Source of the DNA: a virus
Strand: one strand, 5' to 3'
DNA: 64,000 bases
Virus record (IMG/VR): IMGVR_UViG_3300009068_000023
Under the pieces are notes generated by a model. That model was not told where the DNA came from. It saw only the letters and a list, made by a program, of their open reading frames with translations, and did not search any database. The first letter of the stretch is position 1, and each line of letters starts with the position of its first letter. Below are positions 27,492 through 40,800 of this stretch, one piece after another. A program made the position numbers and the translations under genes.

Positions 27492-29296
27492 TGTCAAATA
27501 CAAGTATTAATCTAGTAGGTCTAGATTTTGAGACTATCAAAGGTAATTTAATAGATTATCTTAAAAGATCAGATTCACCCTTTAAAGATGTTAACTTTGA
27601 AGGCTCGAATATCTCTCAGCTCTTAGATGTACTTTCATACAACACATACTTAAATTCCTACTATCTTAACATGGTAGGCAGTGAGATGTTTTTGGATTCA
27701 GCTCAGCTTAGAGAGAGCATCGTATCTCACGCTAAAGAGCTAAACTATGTTCCTCGATCATTTACATCATCCTCTGCACACGTATCTTTCAACATCTTTC
27801 CATCTACACCACTCAATTCTATCTTAGTACCTAAGGGTACCACATTTACTACTAAACTAGGTAGTAACAGCTATACCTTTAGTACAGAAGAGAATTTAAT
27901 TTTTAATTCGAGCTCAAACGGTGTTATTGTTATAGATGATTTAGAAATTTTTGAAGGTAATTACCTTACAGATACCTTTGTTTTTGATTCCACAAACACC
28001 GCTCAACGTTTTGTGCTGTCTAACCCTACTGTTGACACCAGAAGTATTAGTGTATTAGTTCTGGAAAATAGCGGCGCTAACACCTACACATATAACAGAG
28101 CAACGTCATTCTTAGGGGTAAATGCTAATACTAATTGTTACTTCTTACAAGCAGCCGAAAATTTTCAGTATGAGATATTGTTTGGAGATAACATAATTGG
28201 TAGAAAGCCACTTAACGGGGCAACAGTTCTAGTTGAATATCGAGTATGTAATGGTGAATTGCCGAACGGCTCATCAGCGTTTTTCTTAGACGGACCAATT
28301 CAGTCTCAGACTAATGTGAGCCCTATTGCAGTTATATCAGCTGCATCAGGCGGAAGCATAAACGAATCGGATGATTCTATTAAGTATAATGCACCTCGTG
28401 CATATCAAAATCAAGAACGTGCAGTAACTACTAGCGACTACGAGAATCTACTACTACAAAACTTTCCTGAAATACAAGCCATTTCAGCTTATGGCGGTGA
28501 CACAGTCTCCCCACCTCAATATGGCAAGGTCTTTATTTCTGTAGATGTTGTAGGCTCAGAAGGTACTCCAGAATTAACCAAGAGAAAATTCTACAACTTT
28601 ATAAAGTCTAGATCGCCTCTTTCGATTGACCCGGTTATAGTAGAGCCTGAATTTTTATATGTAGAAGTTGCGTCCAACGTTCAATACAATATTAATATTA
28701 CATCTTTAAAAGATAACGATATAAAGTCCTTGGTTGCCTTGAGCATTAGTAACTACAATCAATCATTCTTGCAGAACTTTAAGAGCACTTTAAGATTTAG
28801 TAAATTTTTAAAGATTATTGATGATACACATCCAAGCATTTTAAGTAATGAAACTACAGTAGTGCCATTCAAGTCTTTACAGCCTACACGTGGAGCTGAA
28901 TATACAACAACTATATCTTTCGGGTATGCAATTACTAATAATGTAATACAGGACATACCAAGCACCACTACACACCCATCCAATGCAGTGCATAATATTA
29001 GATCTAGCGTTTTTAGAAAAAATAATGCTGACTATTTCTTAGAAGATGATGGGCAAGGCAATCTGCATACAATTACTCTGCAAGGTAGTGATCATAAAAA
29101 GATTGCTAAGATAGGTACAATTAATTATACTAGCGGTACTGTAAATATTTCTAATCTTATAATTGATGATTATACAGGGTCAGAAATTAAACTATACGCA
29201 ACACCAGTACATAAAGATATTAATTCAGACAAAAATGTTATACTTCTAATTAGAGATGAAGATGTAACTGTATCCGTTAGCCCGGTAAGAATCTAA
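27491..29296 (+). CDS. gp6: baseplate wedge gp6
   Basis: LDFETIK.NL..F.D.NFEGS..LLDVLSYNT..EMFLDSAQLRES..Q.RAVT..DY. Confidence 0.92.
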   Translation: MSNTSINLVGLDFETIKGNLIDYLKRSDSPFKDVNFEGSNISQLLDVLSYNTYLNSYYLNMVGSEMFLDSAQLRESIVSHAKELNYVPRSFTSSSAHVSFNIFPSTPLNSILVPKGTTFTTKLGSNSYTFSTEENLIFNSSSNGVIVIDDLEIFEGNYLTDTFVFDSTNTAQRFVLSNPTVDTRSISVLVLENSGANTYTYNRATSFLGVNANTNCYFLQAAENFQYEILFGDNIIGRKPLNGATVLVEYRVCNGELPNGSSAFFLDGPIQSQTNVSPIAVISAASGGSINESDDSIKYNAPRAYQNQERAVTTSDYENLLLQNFPEIQAISAYGGDTVSPPQYGKVFISVDVVGSEGTPELTKRKFYNFIKSRSPLSIDPVIVEPEFLYVEVASNVQYNINITSLKDNDIKSLVALSISNYNQSFLQNFKSTLRFSKFLKIIDDTHPSILSNETTVVPFKSLQPTRGAEYTTTISFGYAITNNVIQDIPSTTTHPSNAVHNIRSSVFRKNNADYFLEDDGQGNLHTITLQGSDHKKIAKIGTINYTSGTVNISNLIIDDYTGSEIKLYATPVHKDINSDKNVILLIRDEDVTVSVSPVRI

Positions 29297-32200
29297 TGTA
29301 TAATGTAGAACAAAGTATTTCTAATTTTGTAGAAAGCCAGTTCCCTGACTTTTATAAAGAAGAAGGACCGCTATTCGTTCTATTCGCTAAAGAATATTAT
29401 AGGTGGCTAGAACAAAATTATGTTTATATTAGATTATCTAATCCAGAGAATTTTAATATAGGTGATAATGTATATCAATCGCCTGCATCTGGTGTTATAG
29501 AGAGTATAGATTCTAGTAATATACTAGTAAGAGTAACAAGCGACGGGTTTAGATGTACTAGTCAGTGTCTTAATAGCATCGAGCTCATTACTAGCGATGG
29601 CGGGGGCAGCTCTTACATTAGAGAAATTACTAGCACGAATCCAATCTACAATGCAAGAAAACTATTTTCTTATAGAGATGTGGATTCAACCACAGAGCGT
29701 TTTTTAGTTTATTTTAAAGAAAAGTACCTAAAGGGTATTCAATTTGATACCTTCACGGCTAAAAAGACTTTAATAAAAGCTGCACAAGATTTGTATAGCT
29801 CAAAAGGTACGGAAAGATCTATAGATCTGTTATTTAAACTAGTGTTTGGAGTAGGAGCTACCACATATTATCCGGGAGACGATATACTTAAGCCCTCGTC
29901 TGGTAGATGGGTAATTCCTAATTACTTAGAGATAACTGAATCCCCTAGAACTATTAATTTTATTGGTAGAGAAATTATAGGGTCGGTTTCTGGTGCTAGA
30001 GGATATTGTGAATATATCGTTAAGAGAAATATCAAAGGTAAGATAATAGATGTTCTTTACTTAAGTAATGTAAGAGGATCATTTGTTACCGGCGACTCTA
30101 TAATTGAATTTGTAGATCAAGTGCTCAAAGATGCACCTATAGTTGTAGGTTCACTTACAACTGTTGATATTACAACAGGTGGTGCAGGGTTTGCAGTGGG
30201 GGAACAGGTAGAGATTGTATCGAGCAAAGGCGTTGAAGGAAAGGCTATTGTAACTGGTATAGAAACTCAAACCGGTTTAGTAAAATTTACTCTTGTAGAC
30301 GGAGGATGGGGATACAGTAATAATTCCCTTATTGTAGCCCGCAAGATGTTAAAAGTTCTTAACAGAACCAATTCAAATACAAGTATAACTGATTTTCAAA
30401 GGTTTGAAAAAGTAAAGCAGGATTTATGGAATATTACGTTAAATAATTTAACTGGTAATAGTACTACCTTATCGGTAAGTGATGTGATTGGAGGTATAGC
30501 TATAAATCAAGCCAACGCTACAGCATTAATATGCGATATAGTAACAGTGCCTGCCAATAACATAGGCACTTTCTTAGTAAGTAAAGTGTCGGGCAATATA
30601 AACGCTAATAACTTTATAAGACTAGCCAACATTTCTTTTATAACTGCTATAAGTAATACTTCGTCAACTGCTGAATTCACAGTAGGCGACGTTATGCAGC
30701 AATCTAATGGCAGCGCAAACGTTACTACAGGTGTAATAAGTCAAATAACTAGTACTAAAACTCTTACAGTTAATACTTCTTCTATTACCAGTAACGGTAT
30801 TCATGTCGGTTGGTATGCTAAGCAAGCCACCACAAACGCTGCTGGGCTAGTAATGGCCCTGCCGTGGAGTTCTTTAGGCAGCTACAATACAGTACCAAAA
30901 GCTGTGTTGTCGGGTACAACAGGCACATTTAACACAGTTAATAAAATCTCGCTTTATAGTGATGCTGCATACACCAATTTGCAATGCGAGTTTTATACTA
31001 CAGGCATAGCAAACACAAACACATATAAACTAATATCAGTAAATGGTGCACGGTTTTACCCTGGAAATACCATTTATGGAACAGTATCACCCGAAATAAG
31101 TACTATTTTAGTTGCATCAGACGCTGGAGGTATTCTTTCTAGCTACACCGATGTGTCAGCAACTGCTAATGTTATTTCAGTAGGCTCTGAATTTATTGGG
31201 TTAATTAATGTAGTTAATGCTTTTGATGATACACCCAATAATAGAATATTGGGGCTTACTTCTAACACATACGGCGAAATAACTCTTCTTTCAACTGGAC
31301 AGGGTGCAAATGCAAGTATAGGTTCACTAGTTGATACTGAAACAGTTAGAATATGCTTAGATTTTCTAACCGCTAATAATGACGGCAGTGTATCTGATTC
31401 TATAGAATTCCCTAGCATGACATTAAACGGAGTTAATTCAACCTATGGCTATATCAGTTCATTAACTATAGATAATCCTGGCTCAGGTTACAATAATACT
31501 AATATAGTTGTATTCAGCGGAGGAAATTCAGGTATAGGTTCTTTTGGTGCCGCTAATGCTACTATTAATACTGATAGTACAGGCAGGATAATAAAATTAA
31601 ATCTTTCTGCTAACGTTGGTAGTAAATATGTAACTACGCCCACTGTGTCTGTGGTTAATAGTACTGGTGGCTCAACCGGTGTTGGAACTAACGCGTCTAT
31701 TATCCCAGCATTCCCTTTAGGGTTCTTTAAGTTGCCAGCAGGGGACATGAATGTGCCTATGCTACAGCTACTAAGATTTAATAACCGGGTTATAGGGGAA
31801 ATTGCATCTCTATCAAATATCAACCCAGGGGAAAATTATAATATTGCACCCTCTGTTATTGGTTATGAATATGGAATTGCTGAACTAGATACTAAGGATT
31901 ACATCATAGCAATTAGCAACTTGAACGGCCCTCCTTTTGTAGTTAATGAAACAATCACGCAAACATCGCAAGTACCATCGACCATACTATCTTGCAATGC
32001 TCTATCCGGAAACACAACACTAGAAGTTAATCACTTACTTACACAGAGTAATGGTACTGCTATTATAGCATCTGGGGAGGTTTATAGTTATTCAACTAAT
32101 GCAACTTCAAATTCAGTTACTATAACTGTAGTTAACTTAGACGGGACATTTAATACTAGCTATAACATCACAGATACTCAAACAGGAGGAGTCTTTAAAT

Positions 32201-32805
32201 TTAATACTAAGACAACCTCTACTTTAGGACAGATAGCAAAGGGAAAAATAAAAACTTCCAACTCTACTGTCATAACTGTAAGCCGTAGATCCTTGTTTAA
32301 TAATTTTGTTCCTAGTGCTTCTAACAATCTGATAGGACAGGTTACTTTATCTAACTGTTCCATTGTAAGTGTAACTCCAGACACACTTTCAACTGCTGCA
32401 GGAGATAATGCAGTAGTTACATCAAACGTTGTGTATCAAGCAGGCTCATTGACTAGCATACAGGTAATAGACTCAGGTTTTGGGTATGAGCAGGATGAAG
32501 GGGTTTCTATGACTTCTGCTGCTGGGGAAATTGCTACCGGTAAGAGCAATGTCACTAGATACGGTATAGGTTCCGGATATTATGCATCTAAGGATGGATT
32601 TTTAAGCGATGTCAAAAAGATTCATGACGGCGAATACTATCAAGAATATTCCTATGAAGTACAGAGCCCTATCCCGCTAGATAAGTATACTAACATCCTT
32701 AGAGAAATTCTGCATGTTGCGGGTACTAAGCTTTTTGGTAAAGTAAAACTTAGCAGCACTGTTAACAATAATATTATATCAACTTCAAGCATAACCATAT
32801 TATAA
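29296..32805 (+). CDS. baseplate wedge initiator gp7-like
   Basis: QFPDF..E.P.FV.F.KEYY; LYSSKGTE.S..LLF; C-terminal IHDGEYYQEYSYEV..HVAG.KLFG. Confidence 0.8.
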   Translation: MYNVEQSISNFVESQFPDFYKEEGPLFVLFAKEYYRWLEQNYVYIRLSNPENFNIGDNVYQSPASGVIESIDSSNILVRVTSDGFRCTSQCLNSIELITSDGGGSSYIREITSTNPIYNARKLFSYRDVDSTTERFLVYFKEKYLKGIQFDTFTAKKTLIKAAQDLYSSKGTERSIDLLFKLVFGVGATTYYPGDDILKPSSGRWVIPNYLEITESPRTINFIGREIIGSVSGARGYCEYIVKRNIKGKIIDVLYLSNVRGSFVTGDSIIEFVDQVLKDAPIVVGSLTTVDITTGGAGFAVGEQVEIVSSKGVEGKAIVTGIETQTGLVKFTLVDGGWGYSNNSLIVARKMLKVLNRTNSNTSITDFQRFEKVKQDLWNITLNNLTGNSTTLSVSDVIGGIAINQANATALICDIVTVPANNIGTFLVSKVSGNINANNFIRLANISFITAISNTSSTAEFTVGDVMQQSNGSANVTTGVISQITSTKTLTVNTSSITSNGIHVGWYAKQATTNAAGLVMALPWSSLGSYNTVPKAVLSGTTGTFNTVNKISLYSDAAYTNLQCEFYTTGIANTNTYKLISVNGARFYPGNTIYGTVSPEISTILVASDAGGILSSYTDVSATANVISVGSEFIGLINVVNAFDDTPNNRILGLTSNTYGEITLLSTGQGANASIGSLVDTETVRICLDFLTANNDGSVSDSIEFPSMTLNGVNSTYGYISSLTIDNPGSGYNNTNIVVFSGGNSGIGSFGAANATINTDSTGRIIKLNLSANVGSKYVTTPTVSVVNSTGGSTGVGTNASIIPAFPLGFFKLPAGDMNVPMLQLLRFNNRVIGEIASLSNINPGENYNIAPSVIGYEYGIAELDTKDYIIAISNLNGPPFVVNETITQTSQVPSTILSCNALSGNTTLEVNHLLTQSNGTAIIASGEVYSYSTNATSNSVTITVVNLDGTFNTSYNITDTQTGGVFKFNTKTTSTLGQIAKGKIKTSNSTVITVSRRSLFNNFVPSASNNLIGQVTLSNCSIVSVTPDTLSTAAGDNAVVTSNVVYQAGSLTSIQVIDSGFGYEQDEGVSMTSAAGEIATGKSNVTRYGIGSGYYASKDGFLSDVKKIHDGEYYQEYSYEVQSPIPLDKYTNILREILHVAGTKLFGKVKLSSTVNNNIISTSSITIL

Positions 32806-34820
32806 TGTCAAGATTAGTAACTAGTTATTTTAAAAATCATATCGCAGCTCAGATATCAGAATCTTTTATCGAGCCTGCTAATAACGTATATTATATGTTG
32901 GCTTCTAGACATATGCCTTATCCTCAAGGCGATGATAATATATTAGCTGCGAATAATAGCACCGCAGCAGTCTTTATAGAGCCTTACGAGCAAGGAATAT
33001 TCGCTAAAAAAATTCAAGCTACTGATACTGCGCGCATGGCTAGTAGATACGACTGGGTATCTAATACAATATACGAAAGCTATGATAGCGACGCTGACTT
33101 AACCAACAAACAATTTTATGTAAGTACTACTGATGGGTCAACTTATTTCATATACAAATGCTTAGATAATAACGGTAATACCGCATCAACATATAGCCCA
33201 GCAGATACAGTAGAAAGTGCTTGTAGCTTTTCTACTAGTGACGGATATGTTTGGAAGCTTATGTATAAAATGGCAAACAATGATTTCCTAAAGTTTGCTT
33301 CAGATGATTATATGCCAGTAGTTACTAGTGCCAACGTTGCAGGAAATACAGTAGCAGGTGCCATTGACGTTATTAGAGTTACTAACCCTGGATCGGCCTA
33401 TATTTCTACATTTACTGGTACGTTTAACTCTGATGATTTAAGAGATTCAATTCCTACGATTATAGGGAGCAGTACTACCTATAGACTTGCTAATACCGCG
33501 TCTGCTAATGCAAACTTCTATATTAATAGTGCAATGTATATTACCGGCGGCACCGGTATGGGCGGACTAAGAAAAATAACTGAATATGATCATGTTAAGA
33601 AAGTAGTAGTGGTAGAAACTCCTTTTAGCACCCAACCTTCCGCAGGATCCACATATTTAATTGCCCCTAATGTAGTTGTAGCTGGTGATGGTACTACAAA
33701 TGTTACAGGGTATGCTACAGTTTCTTCTAACGCTACTGTAAATAATTTTATTAGCAAGATTAATTTAGTAGAAAGAGGCGCCGGGTTTACATATGGTACG
33801 GCAGAGGTTCAAGGCAATACGGGTGGGGTGTCTAATAGCGCCGTATTAAAGGTCATTATACCACCACAGGGCGGTCATGGGGCGGATGCAGAGAATGAGC
33901 TTGGTGCAACTAATTTTGGTATAGGAATTGAGTTTACGGGAGATGAAAACGGTTATGTCACAACTCAAAATGATTATAGATCCATCTACATTCTTAAAGA
34001 CCCATTGCTTAACAATGTAACCCTAGAGCTTGCTAACAGTGTAGGTACGTTCTTGGGCACAGAAGAAATAGTACAATTAAACTACAAGACCCTTGCTGGT
34101 ATTGCCGTGGTAAATACGACTAATAGTATTATTTCAGGTATTTCTACAGAATTTAATAGCGCGTTAAAGATAGGTGATGAGGTTATAATATACGACACAG
34201 TTAACAATACAAGATGTTTGAGAACTGTAGCGTCTATTGCTAATTCAACATCCGTTACCTTAAGTAGCGCTCCTACATTTAACTCTACTATTGCAAGCGT
34301 ACAATTCATAGAGCGGATTAGTACAGGTACTAGAGCAGGTGGCTCATTGCCCTACCTAAATATGAATAGTGTTGAGCCTAAATTTCAGATCGGTAAGAAT
34401 GTAATAGGAGTAGTATCAGGTGCATGGGGTAATGTTTCAGCAATAACTATTAACGATGTGGATTATAATAATTTTAATACACTAGATAATAGAACTCGCG
34501 TACCTTATGATAGTATAGTAGGAACATTAAATGAAGATGCTGAGGTTTATCAAGTTGATCTCTCAGTTGCTAATGCCTACGTACATTCTACTAACAATAC
34601 TTACCTGTTCTTGACTAATGAAAGAGGGGTTATAAATCCTGATTTGGTAGATACAGTTAAGGTAGTAGATAGTAATACAACAATTATACCCGGAATAGGC
34701 ACTAGATACTCACCAGATATTGTTAAAGGTAGCGGCAATATATTATACGTTGAGAACCTAGACCCTATTGCAAGAAATGACGAACAGTCCGAAGCAGTCA
34801 GAGTTATATTGAATTTTTAA
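32805..34820 (+). CDS. gp8: baseplate wedge gp8
   Basis: RYDW..Y..Y..FYV..YKCLDNN..DGYVWKLMY..KF.SDDYMPV; PQGGHG; ILYVEN..PI.R..Q.E. Confidence 0.85.
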   Translation: MSRLVTSYFKNHIAAQISESFIEPANNVYYMLASRHMPYPQGDDNILAANNSTAAVFIEPYEQGIFAKKIQATDTARMASRYDWVSNTIYESYDSDADLTNKQFYVSTTDGSTYFIYKCLDNNGNTASTYSPADTVESACSFSTSDGYVWKLMYKMANNDFLKFASDDYMPVVTSANVAGNTVAGAIDVIRVTNPGSAYISTFTGTFNSDDLRDSIPTIIGSSTTYRLANTASANANFYINSAMYITGGTGMGGLRKITEYDHVKKVVVVETPFSTQPSAGSTYLIAPNVVVAGDGTTNVTGYATVSSNATVNNFISKINLVERGAGFTYGTAEVQGNTGGVSNSAVLKVIIPPQGGHGADAENELGATNFGIGIEFTGDENGYVTTQNDYRSIYILKDPLLNNVTLELANSVGTFLGTEEIVQLNYKTLAGIAVVNTTNSIISGISTEFNSALKIGDEVIIYDTVNNTRCLRTVASIANSTSVTLSSAPTFNSTIASVQFIERISTGTRAGGSLPYLNMNSVEPKFQIGKNVIGVVSGAWGNVSAITINDVDYNNFNTLDNRTRVPYDSIVGTLNEDAEVYQVDLSVANAYVHSTNNTYLFLTNERGVINPDLVDTVKVVDSNTTIIPGIGTRYSPDIVKGSGNILYVENLDPIARNDEQSEAVRVILNF

Positions 34821-34829
34821 GAGGGAAGT

Positions 34830-37800
34830 ATGTCTATAGAGACTAATTTAAACGTTGCTCCTTATTTTGATGACTATACTGATAACAGTAACTACTACAA
34901 GATATTGTTTAGACCAGGTGTGTCAGTCCAGGCTCGCGAGCTCACTCAAATTCAGGACATACTACAAACCCAAGTAGAAAGATTCGGTAATCACGTTTTT
35001 AAAAGTGGCACCATAGTAAGTGGAGTTAACTTTCAGTTTTATCCAGCTTATAGTTATGTAAAGCTTCTGGATAATCAAGCAGATGGTCAACCTGCTATAC
35101 CTACAGAATATGTAAACTACTATGCTAAGAACACAGCGAACGTTCAAGCAAAAATTATTAATGCTAAACAAGGCTTGCAATCTACAGACCCTGATACAAA
35201 TTATTTGTATTTAAACTATATTAATTCAGGTGACTCAGCGTTAGAGACTAGTTTTGCCAATAGCAACGTACTAACAATTTTCAGCAAAAATTACGAAATA
35301 TTTGACTTTAATGTCGTTAATGGTGGTACCTCATTCTCAAACTCTGATACAGTTCAGATTACTAGCGCTTTATTAGTAAGTAACAGCTCCATCAATTCCA
35401 GCGCCGGTATATCTCAGGTAAACGGTACAACTGTAGCTAATGTATATGTTTATGAAGCTAATAATAATTTTAGTATTACTCTTGATAATGTAACATATAG
35501 TAGCAATGATGGATACACTCTTCTTAAAATTAAACCCCATACTAATGATCTAGCTAATAGTGCAGTAGGTGCAGAAAAGTGGACAATTACAAGTGAAGGC
35601 TTCGTAGTACAGGGATCAAATAGCGCATATGTTGTCGGCCTAGTTGGTACAGGTGCGTCTGCAGTGCTCACTACTGACTCATCGGGTGTTGTTACAGATG
35701 TATCTCTAACAAATCCTGGAACTAACTATATTGAAGCACCTTACGTTACAGTAAGAAGTAGCACTGGTACCTTTAACAACCTAGAAATTACACCTCAGAT
35801 GTTTAAGGCGCAGGTGTTAGTTGCTGATTCGTCTTATACTGGTGGCAATTCTACTCCAGTTGGTAACGCATATGCATTTGGGGTTACTGAGGGCATAATT
35901 TATCAGAAGGGTTTCTTCTTAGGCGTTAATTCACAAATCACGGTAGTTAATTCATATTCTACCAATGTTAATAGCGTGTCTGTTGGGTTTGTTACTCAAG
36001 AGGCTATAGTTAATACAAATGTGGATTCCACCCTATTAGACAATGCTACAGGCACTCCAAACTTTGCCGCACCTGGTGCAAATAGATTAAAGTTTATTCC
36101 TACTCTATCTGTAGTAGATACTGCTAATGCAGAATCAAATAATACATTCTTCCCGCTAGTAGAATTTAGAGAAGGTCAACCTTACAAGCAATACAAGAAT
36201 ACTCTCTATAATATTCTATCAAAAGAATTTGAAAGAAGAACAACAGAAACTAGTGGCAACTTTGTAGTTGATCCTTTTATTGTTTCTACAAAAGATCAAA
36301 CAACTTGGAGCAACTCTTACTTTAATGCAGTATCTGATCCTGGTATTCTTTACATTGATGGTGTAAGAGTAGACACTCAACGTAATACATTTGTTCCAGT
36401 TAGACGATCTAACGACACTTATATACTAGAAGATCAGATTACCAGTATTAATTATGGTAGCTATGTTCTAGTAAAAGAGCTAGCAGGGTTTGTAGACACC
36501 GACGCAGCACCTGAGGTTTCTATCTACGGTGTTCCATATCAGTATTATACAAAAAACAAGAGTAGTATATCATTTACTGATACTGTGATAGGCACAGCTA
36601 AAGTTAGATCGATAGTATATGATTCGGGTACTCCTGGCACCTCATCTGCAAACTATAGAATGTACCTATTTGATGTGTCCATGAGACAAGGGTACAGCTT
36701 TAGTCAAGCTAGATCAGTTTATTATAATGGAGTTAGTTACGATGGTGTAGCAGATCTAGTTTTAGAGAGAAATAACCTAAACAAAGAAATAGCAGTTCTT
36801 AAGGATCCAAAGAATAGCTCACTATTGTTTGATCTATCTGTAGAGGGTGTTAAGTCAGTAAATTCGGTCACATATGGATATAGATCTGCTGTATCATCTG
36901 CTAATATTAGCTCTAACGGCGTTGCATCACTCACCATAAGCGATCAGTTCATCTACGGCAATAACGCTACTCTCAGCGCAAATCAACGCAAGGAAGTAAT
37001 CCTTGTACCTCTTGCCAATGCAATTTCTACTAATACTGCAACAGCAGAGTTGACTAGAAATAATAAGTTTGTAATTGGTGATTTACTAGACACATACTTT
37101 AAACCCGGTGACAGTGTTTATCTAGAAAATTCGGCTAATGATAGTATCTACTTGTACAGCTCGGTTGCATCGGTTTCTAATAATACCTACATGGTGCTTA
37201 ATGATGCATGGCCGTTTAATTCCAATACATCTATTAATGTAAGCAGATATTTGCCTGGCAACGTCCCAGTTCCTCTAGACGATACGCGTGTAAGCGTAAA
37301 CACAAACAGCACGGGTACTACTCTTTACGTTAATCTTAACGGGGTATCTCCTAACACATTCAGTCTCTCTTCATCTGTACCAGCGGCTATCACATACAAT
37401 GCTATCAAGACCAACTTTCAAAAGCTAGCCAAGCTTGTAAGTAGAAATAACTATGTTAAGATTTGCTTAGCAAATAACGTTGCAACAACTAAGGGACCAT
37501 GGTGTTTAGGTATACCGGACGCTTTTAGATTAAACAGAGTCTTTATTGCAAATTCAAGCACCGTTAATACTAACAGTACCGTGATTACAGATAACTTCTA
37601 TATTGACAATGGTCAAACATCAGACTACTACGGTCACGCCCATCTAGCTAAGAGAAATTCTATAGCTCGTAATCTCAGCGAAGATCAATGGCTGCTAGTA
37701 GAGTTTGATGCATTCTATCTAGGAACACCATCAGCTGCTGGCTTCTTTAGCGTGTTAAGCTACCCATTAAACTCTAATAATAGCACACGCACCGCAATGG

Positions 37801-40800
37801 GTAACACATCTATCAACATAGTTGAAATTCCTGAGTTTAAATTGCCTAGCGGGAAAGTCTTAGGTCTAGAAAATGCTTTGGACTTTAGACCCAGAATTCA
37901 ATCTCAAGCAAACTACACCTCTAATCCTAGTACGGCATCCGTTAATCCAGCGAATACTAGAACCTTCTATACGTCGGATAAATTATTCCCTATTCCAGAT
38001 AGCAATGCAATTTTTAACTACGAAGCGTATCTGAAGAGAAAAGATAGAGTAGTAGTTTCTAAAGCTGGTAATATAAAGGTAGTAGAAGGTACTCCTGCCT
38101 ATGTCCCCGTGCCTACTGAAGCACCTGCAGATAGCATTACAATTTCTATACTTGAAATACCTTCATACCCATCCTTGCCAAAGGTGCCTGATAGTAACGT
38201 AGTAGACTTGTTTACTAAGCGTACTGGTACAGCTTCTGGGCTTTATTCGCGTCATGTAAACTACACTGTAAAAGATGTTTATGATGTTACTGAAGCTTCC
38301 AAGACACCTAAGAGATATACCATGGGTGAAATTGGTAATCTTGAAAGCAGAATTAAAAATCTTGAATACTATACTTCTCTTAATTTACTAGACAAGAAAA
38401 CAAAAGATATTAATATTCCTAGTTCTATTAACCCTTCTCTTGATAGAACTAAGTATGGATATTTTGTTGATAACTTTAATGACTACTTAAGTTCAGATAT
38501 CAACAATAAGGAAATGACCGCTTATATAGATCAGGAAGCAGGTCGATTAATTCCGCAAATTAAGAGCTTTAACCTGCAGGCCAGATTTAATTATGATGAT
38601 AGTACTACTCTTAACAGCTTAAGATATAGCGGCAACGTTGTTAGTGAACCAGCGCCTGGTAAGTGGTCAGAGCATGTGTTAATGTTGCCGTCTAATGGTG
38701 AAATTAATATTATTTCTCAAAACAGATTTACCTCTGCTGTTAATGGTACTGGCGGAGACACTAAGTTTGTAGGGGACATGATTACCGAGCCAGGCAACTT
38801 AAGAGTTGCTTTTAAGGTAGCGGTTAAACAGACAGACACAACATTAATTCAAGAAAGCCCTGCAATAGATGTTACTCCTGATGACATTGTTAGTAATACT
38901 GATCCTAGATATGTGCTTTCAGCATCTAAGAGAGAAGTAACGGAAGGTAGCAACGTGTCTATTAGCTTTATAACAGTTAATGTTGCTAATGGAACTAGTT
39001 TTAATTATACAATTACTGGTAACAATATAACCTCTGGTGATATTAGTGCAGCACTTACTGGTACCCTAACAGTAGAAGGTAACACCGACGTTGCTTATGC
39101 TAATTTGCAAATTAACATTTTAAATGACTTTACTACCGAGTCTTTAGAGACCATGGTATTTACTGTTAATACTTCTCCTACTACTTCTATCAACGTTAAT
39201 ATTGTAAGCACTTCAAGCAATACTGAATATCGTACTGTATTTACTTCCCCAACAGGTACTGATAGTGTGGGCGAAGGACAGAACTGCTACTTTACGTTTA
39301 CTGTTAGTAGCCCGCAAGTTAATACGTATCCTTATAGCATCACTGGTATTGGTATCACTAATAGCGATATTACTATTAGAACTTCAAGTAATTCTACAAG
39401 CAACGTAACAGTTGATTCTACCGGGCTTGGTGGAACGCTTACAATTAATTCAACAGGGTCGTGTGCTGTATACTTGTCTGTTGCAAACGATGCGGTTGTT
39501 GAGGGGTCAGAGCCTGCCACGTTTACAATAGCTCACCCTGCATACTCAAGTTACAGTTTCGTGCTTACAGATAGCACTGTGGTTAACTTCCCGTTAAGTG
39601 TAAGTAATTCTAGTATAACTGATGGTGGTAGCGCAACCTTTGTATTAACATCTACCGGTTCTATTTCTAACGGAACTACGGCAAGCTACACTTTAAGTGG
39701 GGTAGAACCAACAGACATTAATGTGCCTATGGCCGGTAGCGTAACATTTGGTAATAACTATGCTAATTTAACATTTACTGCAAATTCAAGCAGCCTGTCT
39801 AACGGCATTAAGACGCTAGTATATACTGTAACCCCACCAAGCGGCACTAACTATAATACAACACCTGCATCAGTTAGTACTAATATTAGATTTGAGAGAG
39901 ATGATAGCGCCAGCTTAACTTGTAATACCTTTAGAATTGCAGAAACAAGCACTGCCGGATTTACCCTAACTTATGCTAATGGATATTCTGGTAGCGTCCC
40001 ATACACTATTACTGGCACTAGTGGATTTACAAGTGGAGATATAAGCGTAGGGTTAACTGGAAATATTACAGTTACCTCAGGCTCTGGAACACTTTCTGTA
40101 ACTGCGGCTAATAATGCAAGCGGGGAAAGTGACGAGACCTTTACATTGTCAATTCCTAGTGTTGCTGATATGACTACAGGTCAAGCATTATCCCGCTCAG
40201 TAACAATTACTGCTGACTCTGGTCCTCCTCCTATATCTTACAGGCTGGAGAGCTCAGGGCGGGAAGTTCAAGAAGGCGGCAACATAGTGTATACACTAGT
40301 AACTACTGGTATAGGAGCTGGAACTTATAATTATAATATTACTCCTTCTACTACCAATGGAAGCGGTATTACTCAAACCGACTTTGTTACTCCATTATCT
40401 GGTACTATAACAGTAACAGGTAACACTACTTTAGCCACAGGCAGCGTAACAGTAACGGTTGCTAACGATATCATTAATGAAGCTGACGAGACTTTCGCAT
40501 TTACAGTTTCAGGTACAACGGCTGCAGTGACTGGATCACCATCGTTTGTAACTATTAAAAATACTCAAGTTGCTACTCCAACTCTAACGTGTGATAAGAG
40601 AGTGGTGTATGCAAAGACGGAGTCTGAATCAACTGAAGCCACAGTTACATATACGTTACAAGTACCGGGTGCGGCTGACGGTACAGTATACCCTTACCAG
40701 ATTATGAATGTCGGGGGCTCAGTTGAACCGTTTAGATACAAAAACGACGGGGTTTTAATTGATTCCGGTAGTGTTGATGAAGATAACAATCCAATTTATG